A DNA stretch of 64,000 nucleotides, taken from Pseudomonadota bacterium (GTDB taxonomy: Bacteria > Pseudomonadota > Gammaproteobacteria > Burkholderiales > Burkholderiaceae_C). A model generated the notes under the pieces. That model was given only the letters and a program-made list of their open reading frames with translations. It made no database searches and had not been told where the DNA came from. Location of the stretch: contig CAUJHV010000045.1 of NCBI GenBank assembly GCA_963205115.1, positions 72,259 through 136,258 on the forward strand. The letters run 5' to 3'. The position numbers and the translations under genes are program-made. Positions 30,938-41,751 of this stretch are shown one piece after another; positions within the stretch are counted from its first letter, which is position 1; every line of letters starts with the position of its first letter.

Positions 30938-31801
30938 TCAGCCCAGCACGCGCATCGAGTAGTCGACCGCCCGCACATCCTTGGTGAGCTTGCCGATGGA
31001 GATGCGGTCGACGCCGGTCTCCGCGATGCTGCGCAGTTGTTCGAGGCTGACGCCACCTGAGGCTTCGAGCAGCGCACGCCCGGCGGTCAAGCCCACCGCG
31101 TCGCGCATCTGCGCGGTGTCGAAGTTGTCCAGCAGCACGCTGGCAGCGCCGGCATCCAGCGCCTCTTGCAGCTGCGCGAGCGATTCGACCTCGATCTGGA
31201 TCTCCACGCCGGCATTCAGCGCCCGCGCCTGGTCGAGCACGGCGCGGATGCCGCCGGCTGCCGCGATGTGGTTTTCCTTGATCAGGATGCCGTGCCACAG
31301 CGCCAGGCGCTGGTTCTTGCCGCCGCCCACGCGCACGGCATATTTCTGCGCCTGGCGCAGGCCGGGCAAGGTCTTGCGGGTGTCCAGGATGGCGCAGCCG
31401 CGCGGGTTGGGTGACGCACCTTCGATGGCCTGCACGTGGCGCCGCGTGATGGTAGCCGTGCCGCTGAGCAGCTGCAGGAAATTCAGTGCCGGGCGTTCGG
31501 CAGACAGCAGCGAGCGGGCGTCGGACTGGATCTCGCAGACCGTGGAGCCGGCCGTCATGTCCGCGCCTTCGGTGTAGCGCCATTGCACCTGCGCGGCCGA
31601 ATCGATGGCCTTGACGCAGCCGTCGAACCAGTCACGCCCGCACAGCACGGCGGCCTCGCGCACGATCACGCGGGCCTGCACACGCCGGCCCTTCTGCACC
31701 AGCTGGGCCGTCCAGTCGCCGCGGCCGATGTCCTCGTACAGCGCGTCGCGGATATTGCGGTCGCGGGCCTGCTCGAGGGTTTCGTTGTACGCAAAATTCA
31801 T
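30938..31801 (-). CDS. nadC: Quinolinate phosphoribosyltransferase
   Basis: ALYEDIG.GD, ERPALNFLQ, DTRKTLPGLR, LIKENHI, LLDNF, EASGG. Confidence 0.96.
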   Translation of the reverse strand: MNFAYNETLEQARDRNIRDALYEDIGRGDWTAQLVQKGRRVQARVIVREAAVLCGRDWFDGCVKAIDSAAQVQWRYTEGADMTAGSTVCEIQSDARSLLSAERPALNFLQLLSGTATITRRHVQAIEGASPNPRGCAILDTRKTLPGLRQAQKYAVRVGGGKNQRLALWHGILIKENHIAAAGGIRAVLDQARALNAGVEIQIEVESLAQLQEALDAGAASVLLDNFDTAQMRDAVGLTAGRALLEASGGVSLEQLRSIAETGVDRISIGKLTKDVRAVDYSMRVLG

Positions 31802-31812
31802 GTGGGCCAGGC

Positions 31813-32925
31813 TCACGCGGTTCCTATGTTCGGCACGAAGCCGCTGCGCGGCTGCGCGATGCTGCCGGGGTTGTTCTTGACAAAGTCGAGCATGCGTTCG
31901 ATGCAGCCCAAGGCCTGGCTGCGCACGGGCTCGGCCACCTGGATCTCGCCGCTGCCGGTTTCCAGGCAGTCCACGACACCTTGCAGCGCATTCATCGCCA
32001 TCCAGGGGCAGTGCGCGCAGCTCTTGCACGTGGCGCTGTTGCCCGCGGTGGGCGCTTCCAGCAAGGTCTTGCCGGGTGCCAGCTGGCGCATGCGGTGCAG
32101 GATGCCGTTGTCGGTGGCGACGATGTATTCCTTCGCCGTGCCGTCGACCACCGCCTTGAGCAGCTGCGAGGTCGAGCCCACGACGTGCGCCTGGCGCACG
32201 ACACTCTCGGGCGATTCGGGGTGCACCAGTACCAGCGCGTCGGGGTGTTCCTTGCGCAGCAGGTCGAGTTCGATGCCCTTGAATTCGTCGTGCACGATGC
32301 ACTCGCCCTGCCACATCAGCATGTCGGCGTGCGTCTGCTCCTGGATGTAGCGGCCCAGGTGGCGGTCGGGCGCCCAGAGGATCTTCTGCCCCTGGGCCTT
32401 GAGGTGTTCGACGATGGCCAGCGCGCAGGAGCTGGTGACCATCCAGTCGGCGCGCGCCTTCACCGCGGCGCTGGTGTTGGCGTAGACCACCACTTGGCGG
32501 TCGGGGTGCGCGTCGCAGAAGGCCGCAAACTGGTCGGGCGGGCAGCCCAGGTCCAGCGAGCAGGTGGCGTCCAGGTCCGGCATCAGCACGCGCTTTTCCG
32601 GGCTGAGGATCTTGGCGCTTTCGCCCATGAAACGCACGCCGGCCACGACCAGTGTCTGGGCCGCGTGCTCACGACCGAAGCGCGCCATCTCCAGCGAATC
32701 GGCCACGCAGCCGCCGGTGGCCAGCGCGAGGTCCTGCAGGTCGCCGTCGACGTAGTAGTGCGCCACCAGCACGGCATTGCGCGCCTGCAGCAGGTTCTTG
32801 GCGCGGGCGATGGCGGCTTCGCGCTCGTGGGGTTTCAGGCGTGGCGGGACCTTGGCCCAGGCGCGGGTGGTGCAGGTGGCGCCCGTGGCGTCCTGGCGCG
32901 TGTAGTCGTAGAGCTCGACGGTCAT
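31813..32925 (-). CDS. nadA: Quinolinate synthase
   Basis: VAHYY, ATCSLD, VYANTSA, CIVH, HPES, CPWMAMN. Confidence 0.96.
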   Translation of the reverse strand: MTVELYDYTRQDATGATCTTRAWAKVPPRLKPHEREAAIARAKNLLQARNAVLVAHYYVDGDLQDLALATGGCVADSLEMARFGREHAAQTLVVAGVRFMGESAKILSPEKRVLMPDLDATCSLDLGCPPDQFAAFCDAHPDRQVVVYANTSAAVKARADWMVTSSCALAIVEHLKAQGQKILWAPDRHLGRYIQEQTHADMLMWQGECIVHDEFKGIELDLLRKEHPDALVLVHPESPESVVRQAHVVGSTSQLLKAVVDGTAKEYIVATDNGILHRMRQLAPGKTLLEAPTAGNSATCKSCAHCPWMAMNALQGVVDCLETGSGEIQVAEPVRSQALGCIERMLDFVKNNPGSIAQPRSGFVPNIGTA

Positions 32926-32993
32926 GCTCGTGCGCGGTTTCCTGAATGACCCGAGCATGGTAGCCGCTCGCCGGCTGCCCTACAGTCGGGCCC

Positions 32994-34223
32994 ATGAATG
33001 CCATTGCGCCCACCGCGCCGCTGCGCGCCGACGCGTCCACCATCGGGGTGATCAGCCTCGCACACGGGGTGTCGCACTTCGGGCAGTTGATCGTGCCGCC
33101 GCTGTTCCCCTGGATCGGCGAGGCCTTTGGCCTGAGCTACACCGAGCTGGGCTTGCTGCTGACGGTGTTTTTTGTCGTCTCCTTCGCGGGGCAGGCCATC
33201 GCCGGTTTTGTCGTCGATCACCTGGGCGCCGAGAAGGTGCTGTACGGCGGGCTGGGCCTGATGACGCTGGCGCCGCTGGGCCTGGCGCTGAGCCCCAGCT
33301 ACGGGCTGATGTTTGTCTTTATGGCGCTGGCGGGCCTGGGGAACTGCGTCTTCCACCCGGTGGACTTCTCCATCCTCAACGCGCGGGTCAGCCCGCCCCG
33401 CCTGGGCCATGCCTATGCGGCGCATGGCATCTCGGGCAATCTGGGCTGGGCATTGGCCCCGCTGTTCGTCGTGGGTATCACCACGGCCACGGGCTCCTGG
33501 CGCACGGCGCTGCTCGGCGTATCGGCCCTGTTTGCGCTGGTGCTGCTGCTGGTCTGGCTGCAACGCGCCCACTTGCACATCGAAAGGCCCGCGCGCAGCG
33601 GCGCCGCGTCGCAGACGGGCAGCGCGGGATTCGACTTCCTCAAGCTGCCGGCGGTCTGGGCCTGTTTTGGCTTCTTTGCGGTCTACGCGCTCGCCCTGGG
33701 CGGCGTGCAGGCCTTCGCGCCGCAGGCGGCCGGCAAGCTGCACGACCTGCCGGCTGCGCAGGTGGCGCTGTGCCTGTCGATCTACATGGTCGCCGCCGGT
33801 GCCGGCATGGTGCTGGGCGGCCACCTGGTACGCGACCCGCGGCGTTCGGTGCAGATCGCCGCCACCGGCTTTGGCGTCTCCGCCGTGCTGGCCTTGTTCA
33901 TCGGCCTGGGCCACTGGGCGCCGCTGATGGTGCTGGTGCTTTTCGGGCTGATGGGCTTCGGCTCGGGCATCGCCGGTCCCTCGCGCGACCTGCTGGTCAA
34001 GCAGGCGACGCCGCCCGGCGCCACGGGCCGCGTCTACGGCGTGGTCTATTCCGGGCTGGACGTGGGCATGATGCTGGCGCCGCTGGGCTACGGCCTGCTG
34101 ATGGACGCCGGGCGCTACCGCGAGGTCTGGCTGGGCGTGGCGACGCTGCTGGGCCTGCTGATCCTCACGGCGTTGAATGTGCGGCGCAGCGCGCGACCGC
34201 AAGCCATGGCGGCCGCCGGCTGA
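32994..34223 (+). CDS. MFS transporter (Fsr-like)
   Basis: About 12 TM segments, AHGVSHF, GLGNCVFHP. Confidence 0.88.
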   Translation: MNAIAPTAPLRADASTIGVISLAHGVSHFGQLIVPPLFPWIGEAFGLSYTELGLLLTVFFVVSFAGQAIAGFVVDHLGAEKVLYGGLGLMTLAPLGLALSPSYGLMFVFMALAGLGNCVFHPVDFSILNARVSPPRLGHAYAAHGISGNLGWALAPLFVVGITTATGSWRTALLGVSALFALVLLLVWLQRAHLHIERPARSGAASQTGSAGFDFLKLPAVWACFGFFAVYALALGGVQAFAPQAAGKLHDLPAAQVALCLSIYMVAAGAGMVLGGHLVRDPRRSVQIAATGFGVSAVLALFIGLGHWAPLMVLVLFGLMGFGSGIAGPSRDLLVKQATPPGATGRVYGVVYSGLDVGMMLAPLGYGLLMDAGRYREVWLGVATLLGLLILTALNVRRSARPQAMAAAG

Positions 34224-34239
34224 TCAAAGAAGGGCCCGG

Positions 34240-35130
34240 TCAGACGCAGGCCCGGTAGCGCGCGCTGCAGGTGTCCAGCACCTCGCCGCCGTCGCGCTGC
34301 CACCAGTTTTCGCGCGAGAAGATCTCGACCTCGGCATAACCCTCGAAACCCGCGGCTTCGACCCAGCCGCGCATCTGGCGCAGGTCGATGACGCCGTCGC
34401 CCATCATGCCGCGGTCTTCCAGCAGGTCGCGGGTGGGCACGAGCCAGTCGCAGACGTGGAAGGCCAGCAGCCGGTCGCGCCCGGCGCGCGCGATCTGCGA
34501 CTTCAGCTGCGGGTCCCACCACACGTGGTAGGCGTCCACCGCCACGCCCAGCGCGCCGCTGCGCGCGGGGTCCAGCTGGTCACACAGGTCCAGGGCCTGC
34601 GACAGCGTATTGACGCAGGCGCGGTCGGCTGCGTACATGGGGTGCAGCGGTTCGATGGCCAGTGGCATGCGCCGCTCGCGGGCGTCTTCCAGCAGCGCGG
34701 CAATGCCTTCGGCCACCTGTGCGCGCGCCGACGCGATGTCGCGGTGCGCCGGCTTGCCGGCCAGGGCCCCGGGCAGGCCGCCGACCACCAGCACCAGGCA
34801 GGGCGCGCCCAGCGTGCAGGCTTCGTCCAGCGCGCGGCGGTTGTCGTCGCGCACGGCCTGGCGCGAAGCGTCGTCCGTGTAGCTGAACATGCCCCCGCGG
34901 CAGTAGCCCGAGAGTTCCAGGCCGTGCTGGCGGATGCGCTGCGCCACGGCTTCCAGCCCCGCGGCCGCGACCTGGTCGCGCCAGGGCGCCACCGCGCGGA
35001 TGCCGCGCGCGGCGCAGGCATCCAGGATGTCCAGCAGGCCCCAGTCCTGTCCGCGCTGGCGGCGGACGGTGGCCGTGTTGATCGACATCCAGCGGTGGTC
35101 GGTGGTGAAGTCGCGCAGGGTGGCAGGCAT
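34240..35130 (-). CDS. Sugar phosphate isomerase/epimerase (xylose-isomerase-like TIM barrel)
   Basis: IEPLHPMY, DAYHVWWDP, FHVCDW, GDGVID, EVEIFS. Confidence 0.88.
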   Translation of the reverse strand: MPATLRDFTTDHRWMSINTATVRRQRGQDWGLLDILDACAARGIRAVAPWRDQVAAAGLEAVAQRIRQHGLELSGYCRGGMFSYTDDASRQAVRDDNRRALDEACTLGAPCLVLVVGGLPGALAGKPAHRDIASARAQVAEGIAALLEDARERRMPLAIEPLHPMYAADRACVNTLSQALDLCDQLDPARSGALGVAVDAYHVWWDPQLKSQIARAGRDRLLAFHVCDWLVPTRDLLEDRGMMGDGVIDLRQMRGWVEAAGFEGYAEVEIFSRENWWQRDGGEVLDTCSARYRACV

Positions 35131-35160
35131 GGGCGTGGGCTCGCGTATCGAGGGTCAGGG

Positions 35161-35210
35161 CTGTGAGGCCCGCCGGCGCCCACAGGCGGCTGTCGCGGCG
35201 GGCTTCACAG
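35161..35210. repeat. Strong intergenic inverted repeat (REP-like or terminator)
   Basis: CTGTGAGGCCCGCCG...CGGCGGGCTTCACAG. Confidence 0.6.
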
Positions 35211-35214
35211 GCTT

Positions 35215-36120
35215 TCAGTCGGGTGGCCGATCGGCTTCGCGTCGCATCTGGCGCACGATGGCCGCGTTGTCGAGATCGCCGTCACCGGCTTCGACGGCCG
35301 CGCGCAGCAGCGCCGCATGCGTCTGCGTCAGCGGCAGGCGGTGGATGCCGGCGCGTTCGGCGGCGGCCTGCATCAGGTCGAGATCCTTCAGGTGCTGGCG
35401 GATGCGCGACTGCGGCGAAAAATCGCCCGAGACCATGCGCGCGCCCTTGGCCAGCGCGGCGTCCGATCGCGCCGGCGTGGCCAGCACCAGATCCAGAAAG
35501 ACCTGCGGCGGCAGGCCCAGGTGTTCGGCGAAGACCAGGCCTTCGGCCAGCACGGCGCGGTTCAGGCCCAGCACCAGGTTCGTCGCGAGCTTGGCGCGCG
35601 CGCCCATGCCCGGGCCGCCGACGTGCATGCGCCGCGTGGCCAGCGCGGCCAGCACGGGTGCCTGGCGGGCGAGGGCTTCGACGCCGCCGCCCACCAGCAT
35701 CGTGGCCTGGCCGTCGGCGATCTGCTGGCTGGAGCCCGACAGCGGCGCCTCGATGAAGTCGATGCCGCGCGCGGCGAGACGCCCGGCCAGGGCCTGCAAG
35801 GCATCGGGTTCGCCGGTGGAGCAGTCGACGATGCCCGAGGGCCGTCCGCCGGCCAGCAGGCCTTCTGCGTCTTCTGTGCCTTCGACCACCGCCAGCACGC
35901 CCGCGGTGTCGTAGACGGCCAGCACGACGCAGCGGCTTTGGGCGCCCATGGCCGCCAGCGACGCCGCCAATTCCCCGCCGGCGGCGGCCCAATCGGCCAT
36001 CGCCTGTGCGTCGCGATCGAAGCCGCACACCCGAAAACCCGCCTGCTGCAGCCGCGCGCCCAGCGCTCGGCCCACCAGCCCCAGGCCGACCAGCCCGACC
36101 GTATCGGTGACGGCGGTCAT
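35215..36120 (-). CDS. NAD(P)-dependent oxidoreductase, beta-hydroxyacid dehydrogenase family
   Basis: GLGLVG, DCSTG, EAPLSGS, AKLATN, HLKDL. Confidence 0.87.
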   Translation of the reverse strand: MTAVTDTVGLVGLGLVGRALGARLQQAGFRVCGFDRDAQAMADWAAAGGELAASLAAMGAQSRCVVLAVYDTAGVLAVVEGTEDAEGLLAGGRPSGIVDCSTGEPDALQALAGRLAARGIDFIEAPLSGSSQQIADGQATMLVGGGVEALARQAPVLAALATRRMHVGGPGMGARAKLATNLVLGLNRAVLAEGLVFAEHLGLPPQVFLDLVLATPARSDAALAKGARMVSGDFSPQSRIRQHLKDLDLMQAAAERAGIHRLPLTQTHAALLRAAVEAGDGDLDNAAIVRQMRREADRPPD

Positions 36121-36839
36121 CGCGGCAGCGAGGCACCGCCGCAGATGGCGATGTCCTGTCCGGTGATGGCGGCGGCCGCGTCGGACAGCAAGAAGGCCAC
36201 CAGCGATGCGACCTCGTCCGGGCGGATCAGGCGGCCGATGGGGGGAAGTCTTGGCGCGCTGTCGGCGCGAGCGGGGTCGATCAGCATGGGCGTGTCCGTG
36301 GCGGCCGGCGAGACCACGTTGACCGTGAGCCCCGCGCCCACCACTTCCGCCGCCCAGCTGCGCGCCAGCGAGACCAGCGCGGCCTTGCTGGCTGCATATT
36401 GGCTGCGACCGGCCAGCCCGCGCCAGATGCGGCTGGCCACAAAAACCGCGCGGCCGCGGCCGGCCTGCGCCATGGCCGGCAGCAGCGCATTGCCCAGGCG
36501 CGTGGTGGCGTCGACATGCAGGCGCCACATGGCCTCGCCGTCGTCGGGCGAGAGGCCGCCCAGCGGCGCGCTGCGCAGCACGCCGGCGGCCTGCACCCAG
36601 GCGTGCGGCGGTCCGCCGTCCAGCGCAGCGACCAGGGCCTGCGCCAAGTCCGGCGGTTGCATCAGGTCGACCGTCAGACCGGTGAAGCGTGCGTGCCTGA
36701 TGGCCGCCGGCGCGCGGTCCAGGCCCAGCACCTGCCAGCCATCGGCCAACAGGCGCTCGGCCACGGCCCGGCCGATGCCGGAGCTGCTGCCGGTCACCAG
36801 CGCACGCGGCGCCTCGGGCGGGATCGCGTCAGCTGCCAT
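36117..36839 (-). CDS. SDR family oxidoreductase
   Basis: TGSSSGIG, YAASK, NVVSP, ITGQDIAICGG. Confidence 0.9.
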   Translation of the reverse strand: MAADAIPPEAPRALVTGSSSGIGRAVAERLLADGWQVLGLDRAPAAIRHARFTGLTVDLMQPPDLAQALVAALDGGPPHAWVQAAGVLRSAPLGGLSPDDGEAMWRLHVDATTRLGNALLPAMAQAGRGRAVFVASRIWRGLAGRSQYAASKAALVSLARSWAAEVVGAGLTVNVVSPAATDTPMLIDPARADSAPRLPPIGRLIRPDEVASLVAFLLSDAAAAITGQDIAICGGASLPR

Positions 36840-36938
36840 GCCCGGCAGGTGTTGGTCGGCTGCAGACGGCGAATGGGCGCATCGGCCGCGGCGGGCGATG
36901 CGCTGACCGCTGTTCGCGCCAGAGGCGGCTCGTCGGGT

Positions 36939-37904
36939 TCATTCGACGCTGATCTTCTTGTCGGTGATGACCTTCTGCGACGCGGCCATGTCGTCGGCCT
37001 GGAACTTGGCAAATTCCGCCGGGCTGCCACCACCGGCCACCAGGCCGTCAGACTGCAGCTTCTCGGCCATGTCGGCGGCCAGGGCCTTGTTGACCGCGGC
37101 ATTCAGGCGGTTGACGATCTCCGTCGAGGTCTTCGCCGGCGCCCACAGGCCATACCAGCTGGCGCAGGAGAAGCCGGGCACGGTTTCCGCCGCGGTGGGC
37201 ACGTCCGCCAGGTTGGGCAGCCGCTTGGCGGAGGTGACGGCCACGACCTTCAGCTGGCCGGTCTTGTGGAACTGCACCGAGCCCAGCACGGGGTCGATGA
37301 AGCCGTCGATCTGCCCGCCCACCAGGTCCTGGAAGGCCGGCGCCGTGCCCTTGTACGGCACGATGCCCACGGAGATGCCGGTGGCCTGCTCCAGGCGCAC
37401 GGTGCACAGGTGGCCGGCGGAGCCGATCGAGCCCACGGCGAAGTTCATCTGCCCCGGCTTGGCCTTGGCCGCGGCCACCAGCGCCGGCAGGTCGCTCACG
37501 CCGACCTCGTTGCCGATGGCGATGGACAGCGGCGCCTGCGCCACCAGGCTGATGGGCACGAAGTCCGTCTGCACCTTGTAGGGCACGGATTTCATGGTCA
37601 TCGGTGCAGTGGTGAAGGTGCTGGCGTTGAACAGCAGCGTGTAGCCATCGGGGTTGGCCTTGGCCACGGCGTCGCCGCCGATCACGCCATTGCCGCCCGG
37701 CTTGTTTTCCACCACGAAGGTCTGGCCGAACTGCTCGCCCAGGCGCTGGGCCAGCATGCGGCCCACCTTGTCCAGCGTGCCGCCGGGCGGGAAGGGAATG
37801 ACCACGCGCACGGTGCGCTCGGGCCAGCTCTGTGCGTGTGACAAAGCCGGCATCAGCAGCGCCGCCACGCTGGCGGCGAGGGTCAGGGTCTTGAGGTGTG
37901 TCAT
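36939..37904 (-). CDS. Bug/TctC family tripartite tricarboxylate transporter substrate-binding protein
   Basis: Signal peptide, PFPPGG, VENKPGG, PDGYTLL, VPYKG. Confidence 0.93.
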   Translation of the reverse strand: MTHLKTLTLAASVAALLMPALSHAQSWPERTVRVVIPFPPGGTLDKVGRMLAQRLGEQFGQTFVVENKPGGNGVIGGDAVAKANPDGYTLLFNASTFTTAPMTMKSVPYKVQTDFVPISLVAQAPLSIAIGNEVGVSDLPALVAAAKAKPGQMNFAVGSIGSAGHLCTVRLEQATGISVGIVPYKGTAPAFQDLVGGQIDGFIDPVLGSVQFHKTGQLKVVAVTSAKRLPNLADVPTAAETVPGFSCASWYGLWAPAKTSTEIVNRLNAAVNKALAADMAEKLQSDGLVAGGGSPAEFAKFQADDMAASQKVITDKKISVE

Positions 37905-37966
37905 CGGGTCTCCTCTGTTGCGGTTCGGTTGCAGTGCGGTGGCGGGCGTCGGGCCCGCGCCTGGGT

Positions 37967-39151
37967 TCAGTCGATGCCGTGGACTGCCAGCAGCGCGCGC
38001 ATGCGGTGCACCGCCAGGTCCGGTTGTTCGATCAGCCCGGCGGCATCGGCCAGGCGAAAGAGCTCAGCCAGGTGTGGCAGCGAGCGGGTGCTCTGCTGAC
38101 CGCCGACCATCGCGAAATGGCTCTGGTGGCCGTTGATCCAGGCCATGAAGACCACGCCGGTCTTGTAGAAGCGCGTGGGCGCCTGGAAGATGTGGCGCGA
38201 CAGCGGCACGGTGGGCGCCAGGATGCGGTGGAAGCCGTCGGTATCGCCGCGCCCCAGGGCCGACAGCGCGGCGCTGGCCGCTGGCGCGATGGCGTCGAAG
38301 ATGCCCAGCAGCGCGTCGCTCTGGCGCTGGTTGCCGTGCGCGCCGACCCCGTCGCCGGCGATCAGCTCGGCGTAGTTGAAGTCGTCGCCGGTATACATGC
38401 GCACGCCCGGCGGCAGGCGGCGGCGCATCTGGATCTCGCGGTCCTTGTCCAGCAGCGAGATCTTGATGCCGTCGACCTTGCCGGCATGCGCCTGGATCAC
38501 GCCCAGCGCGGTGTCCATGGCCGCGTCCACGTCGGCGCTGCCCCAGTAGCCGGCCAGCGCCGGGTCGAACATGTCGCCCAGCCAGTGCAGGATGACCGGC
38601 TCACGCGCCTGGCGCAGCACGTGGTCGTAAACCCGTTCGTAGTCGGCTGGGCTGCGCGCCACGCGGGCCAGGGCGCGGCTGGCCATGATGATCAGCCGGC
38701 CGCCCAGGGCTTCGATGGCGGCCATCTGCTCGTCGTAGGCGCGGATCACGTCGTCCACGCCGCGGGCCGCATCGGGTGCCAGCTGGTCCGTGCCGCAGCC
38801 GCTGGCCACGCGTGCGCCGGGCACGTCGCGCGCCGCGTCCAGCGAGCGGCGGATCAGGTCCAGCGAGGTCGTCCAGTCCAGGCCCATGCCACGCTGCGCG
38901 GTGTCCATGGCCTCGGCCACGCCCAGGCCCAGGCGCCACAGCCGCTGGCGGTAGGCGATGGTGCTGTCCCAGTCGATGGCGCACTGCAGCCAGGGGTCGA
39001 TGGCGGCGCGTGCATCGGCCACCACGTGGGCGGCGGAATAGGCGATGCGCGGCAGCGTCTCGCCGGGTGCGGCGGGCGTGAAGCTGCCGGGCCCGCGCAG
39101 GGTGTAGGGCTCGAGTCGGCCGTCGTCGGTGGGCAGGGTGATCGTGGTCAT
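37967..39151 (-). CDS. DUF993 / DHDPS-like TIM-barrel protein
   Basis: AEAMDTAQRGMG, ILHWLG.MFDP, GIKISLLD, YTGDDFNY. Confidence 0.85.
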   Translation of the reverse strand: MTTITLPTDDGRLEPYTLRGPGSFTPAAPGETLPRIAYSAAHVVADARAAIDPWLQCAIDWDSTIAYRQRLWRLGLGVAEAMDTAQRGMGLDWTTSLDLIRRSLDAARDVPGARVASGCGTDQLAPDAARGVDDVIRAYDEQMAAIEALGGRLIIMASRALARVARSPADYERVYDHVLRQAREPVILHWLGDMFDPALAGYWGSADVDAAMDTALGVIQAHAGKVDGIKISLLDKDREIQMRRRLPPGVRMYTGDDFNYAELIAGDGVGAHGNQRQSDALLGIFDAIAPAASAALSALGRGDTDGFHRILAPTVPLSRHIFQAPTRFYKTGVVFMAWINGHQSHFAMVGGQQSTRSLPHLAELFRLADAAGLIEQPDLAVHRMRALLAVHGID

Positions 39152-39166
39152 CGCGGCCTCAGCTCG

Positions 39167-40330
39167 TCAAAGATGCAGCGCCGGCACGTCGATCCATCGG
39201 CGTTCCTTCCAGCTCTGCAACGCGGCCTCCACGAGCTGCACACCCTTGGCGCCTTCGGGCAGCGTCCAGCGGTAGGGCGCGTCTTCCACCACGTGGCGGA
39301 TGAACGCCTCCCACTGGATCTTGAAGCCGTTGTCGTAGGCCATCGCGTCGGGCACGAGCTGCCACTGGTCGTGGAAGTCCATGCTCTGCTTGACGTCGGG
39401 GTTCCACACCGGGCGCGGCGTGTTGACGCGGCTTTGCGTGCGGCAGTCGGTCAGGCCGGCGACGGCCGATCCGTGCGTGCCGTCGACGTGGAAGGTCACC
39501 AGGTCGTCGCGGCGCACGCGGGTTGTCCAGCTGCTGTTGACCTGCGCGATGACCGGCTGGCCGTCCTTGCCCTTCAGCTGGAAGGTCGCGTAGCAGGCGT
39601 CGTCGGCCGTGGCCGTGTAGGGCTTGCCGGCTTCGTCCCAGCGCTGCGGGATGTGCGTGGCGCCCAGGCACGAGACCGATTGCACCTCGCCGAACAGGTT
39701 GTCCATGACATAGCGCCAGTGGCAAACCATGTCCAGGATGATGCCGCCGCCGTCTTCGCTGCGGTAGTTCCAGCTCGGGCGCTGGATGGGCTGCAGGTCG
39801 CCTTCGAAGACCCAGTAGCCGAACTCGATGCGCACGCTCAGGATGCGGCCGAAGAAGCCGGCGCGGTTGAGCATGTCCAGCTTGCGCAGGCCGGGCAGGA
39901 AGAGCTTGTCCTGCACGGCGCCGTGTTTCAGGCCCGAGGCCTGCGCCTGGCGGGAGATGTCCATGGCCTCGGCCAGCGTCGTGGCGATGGGCTTTTCGCA
40001 GTAGACGTGCTTGCCCGCGCGCAGCGCCTGGGCCAGCAGCGCGGGGCGCATCTGCGTGGTGCCGGCGTCGAAGAAGACGCTGTCGTCCTTGTTGGCCAGC
40101 GCGGCGTCGAGGTTGGTGCCCCAACGCGCGATGCCATGTGCACGGGCCAGCGCTTCGATCTTCTCGGCATTGCGGCCGATGAGGATGGGGTCGGGCATCA
40201 CGCGGTCGCCGTTGGACAGCGTCACGCCGCCCTGGTTGCGGATGGCGACGATGGAGCGCACGAGGTGCTGGTTCAGGCCCATGCGGCCGGTCACGCCGTG
40301 CATGATGAGGCCGAGGCTGCGGGTGGCCAT
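39167..40330 (-). CDS. Gfo/Idh/MocA oxidoreductase
   Basis: HGVTGRMG, HVYCEKP, GGIILDM..HW. Confidence 0.9.
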   Translation of the reverse strand: MATRSLGLIMHGVTGRMGLNQHLVRSIVAIRNQGGVTLSNGDRVMPDPILIGRNAEKIEALARAHGIARWGTNLDAALANKDDSVFFDAGTTQMRPALLAQALRAGKHVYCEKPIATTLAEAMDISRQAQASGLKHGAVQDKLFLPGLRKLDMLNRAGFFGRILSVRIEFGYWVFEGDLQPIQRPSWNYRSEDGGGIILDMVCHWRYVMDNLFGEVQSVSCLGATHIPQRWDEAGKPYTATADDACYATFQLKGKDGQPVIAQVNSSWTTRVRRDDLVTFHVDGTHGSAVAGLTDCRTQSRVNTPRPVWNPDVKQSMDFHDQWQLVPDAMAYDNGFKIQWEAFIRHVVEDAPYRWTLPEGAKGVQLVEAALQSWKERRWIDVPALHL

Positions 40331-40344
40331 GAGCGGGTTCTCCT

Positions 40345-41751
40345 TCAGATGATGGGGGTCAGCGTGTCCCACGCCGGGTGGGCGGTGCTGGCGAAGCCGG
40401 GTGCATGCAGGCTGCGCAGGTCCAGCCGGCCCTCGCGCACGTCCAGGCAGGGGCCTTGCGGCGTGGCGCGGTACAGGCCCGGGTGTGCCTGCAGGAATGC
40501 TGAGGATTCAGCGTCGTTTGCCGTGCCGAAGCCGCGCACGTAGTGGTGGCCGTTGCGTTCGATGTGCGTGACGCCCAGGCTGGCGGCCAGCAGGCTGTCC
40601 TGCTGCACGGCCAGGCCCGCCTGGCAGGTGAGGTCCTCGCCAGAGAGCAGCAGCGCCGCGCCCGGCCGCGCCGCGATCAGCGCGGCATTGCGCAGCGAAC
40701 GGTAGATGCCCTTGCAGGCCTTGCTCGAGACACCGCGGTAGCCCAGCGCCAGGGCCTCGTCGAAGGCCGTGTCGTGGTCGTCGGACTCGTCGATGATGAC
40801 CGGCACGTCGATGCCGGCGGCGTGGATGGGCTGCGACAGCGTCAGGCTGCGCGGCAGCGGCTGTTCCAGTAGCAGCGTGCGGGCCAGCAGGCCCTGCAGC
40901 GACGGCTCGGCGCGCAGCGCGCGCCAGGTATCGGCCAGCGTTGCGATGTCCGGGAAGCTTTCGTTGCCGTCCAGCGTGACGCGGTAGTCGCCGGCATGGG
41001 CATCCAGCACGGCCGCGATGGCGCGCAGGCGGGGCAGGTCGCGCACCGCGCCGCCCGACAGCTTGAGCTTGAAATGGGTGAGCCCGCCGGCCGCGATGGC
41101 GTCCTGCAGCGTCGCGGGCAGGCCATCGGCCGGGTCCGTGCCAGCGTCGGCGGCCGTCAGCCGGTCGGCCAGGCCGACGGTGTGGCGCAGGATCACCGCA
41201 TCCGGCGTGTGCCGCGGCAGTGCGCGGCTCCACGGGTCGCCCAGCACGCCGGCGCGCAGGCCTTCGCACCAGCCCAGGCCCATGGCGCGCAGCACGGCGT
41301 CGGCCACGGCCTTGTCGACCTGCGCCGGGCCGAATTGCGCGGCCAGGCGCGGCAGGCCGGCGGCCATCGCGATGCGCAAGGATTCTTCAGACGCCTGCAG
41401 CGACAGCGCGTGGGCGCTGGCCTGCGGTCCGGCATCCAGCGCCCGGTCGCGCGCCACGCGCAAGGCCAGGCGCAGCTGCTCGGCATTCTGTTCGTGCGTC
41501 AGTGCGGGCGATTTGTCGAACCACTTCGGCACCATCAGCTCGGCCGTGGCGCCGACCGCTCGCCGGCCGTCCACATCGACCTCGACACGCACAAAAGCCT
41601 GCGAGGCCTGCGTGACCGTGGCTGCGCCGAAGCGGAAGGGTAGCCGCAGCGTCACCGCGCGCTCGAAGAGCTGCACCTCGCGCACATGCACACGCGGCGC
41701 TGCGGACACCGAAGCCGCTGGCATCCCTGGTTGATGGCTCGAAGGGCTCAT
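40345..41751 (-). CDS. Enolase superfamily (mandelate racemase/muconate lactonizing-like) protein
   Basis: FKLK, LDGNE, EQP, IDES metal-ligand spacing; LPFRFG N-domain. Confidence 0.75.
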   Translation of the reverse strand: MSPSSHQPGMPAASVSAAPRVHVREVQLFERAVTLRLPFRFGAATVTQASQAFVRVEVDVDGRRAVGATAELMVPKWFDKSPALTHEQNAEQLRLALRVARDRALDAGPQASAHALSLQASEESLRIAMAAGLPRLAAQFGPAQVDKAVADAVLRAMGLGWCEGLRAGVLGDPWSRALPRHTPDAVILRHTVGLADRLTAADAGTDPADGLPATLQDAIAAGGLTHFKLKLSGGAVRDLPRLRAIAAVLDAHAGDYRVTLDGNESFPDIATLADTWRALRAEPSLQGLLARTLLLEQPLPRSLTLSQPIHAAGIDVPVIIDESDDHDTAFDEALALGYRGVSSKACKGIYRSLRNAALIAARPGAALLLSGEDLTCQAGLAVQQDSLLAASLGVTHIERNGHHYVRGFGTANDAESSAFLQAHPGLYRATPQGPCLDVREGRLDLRSLHAPGFASTAHPAWDTLTPII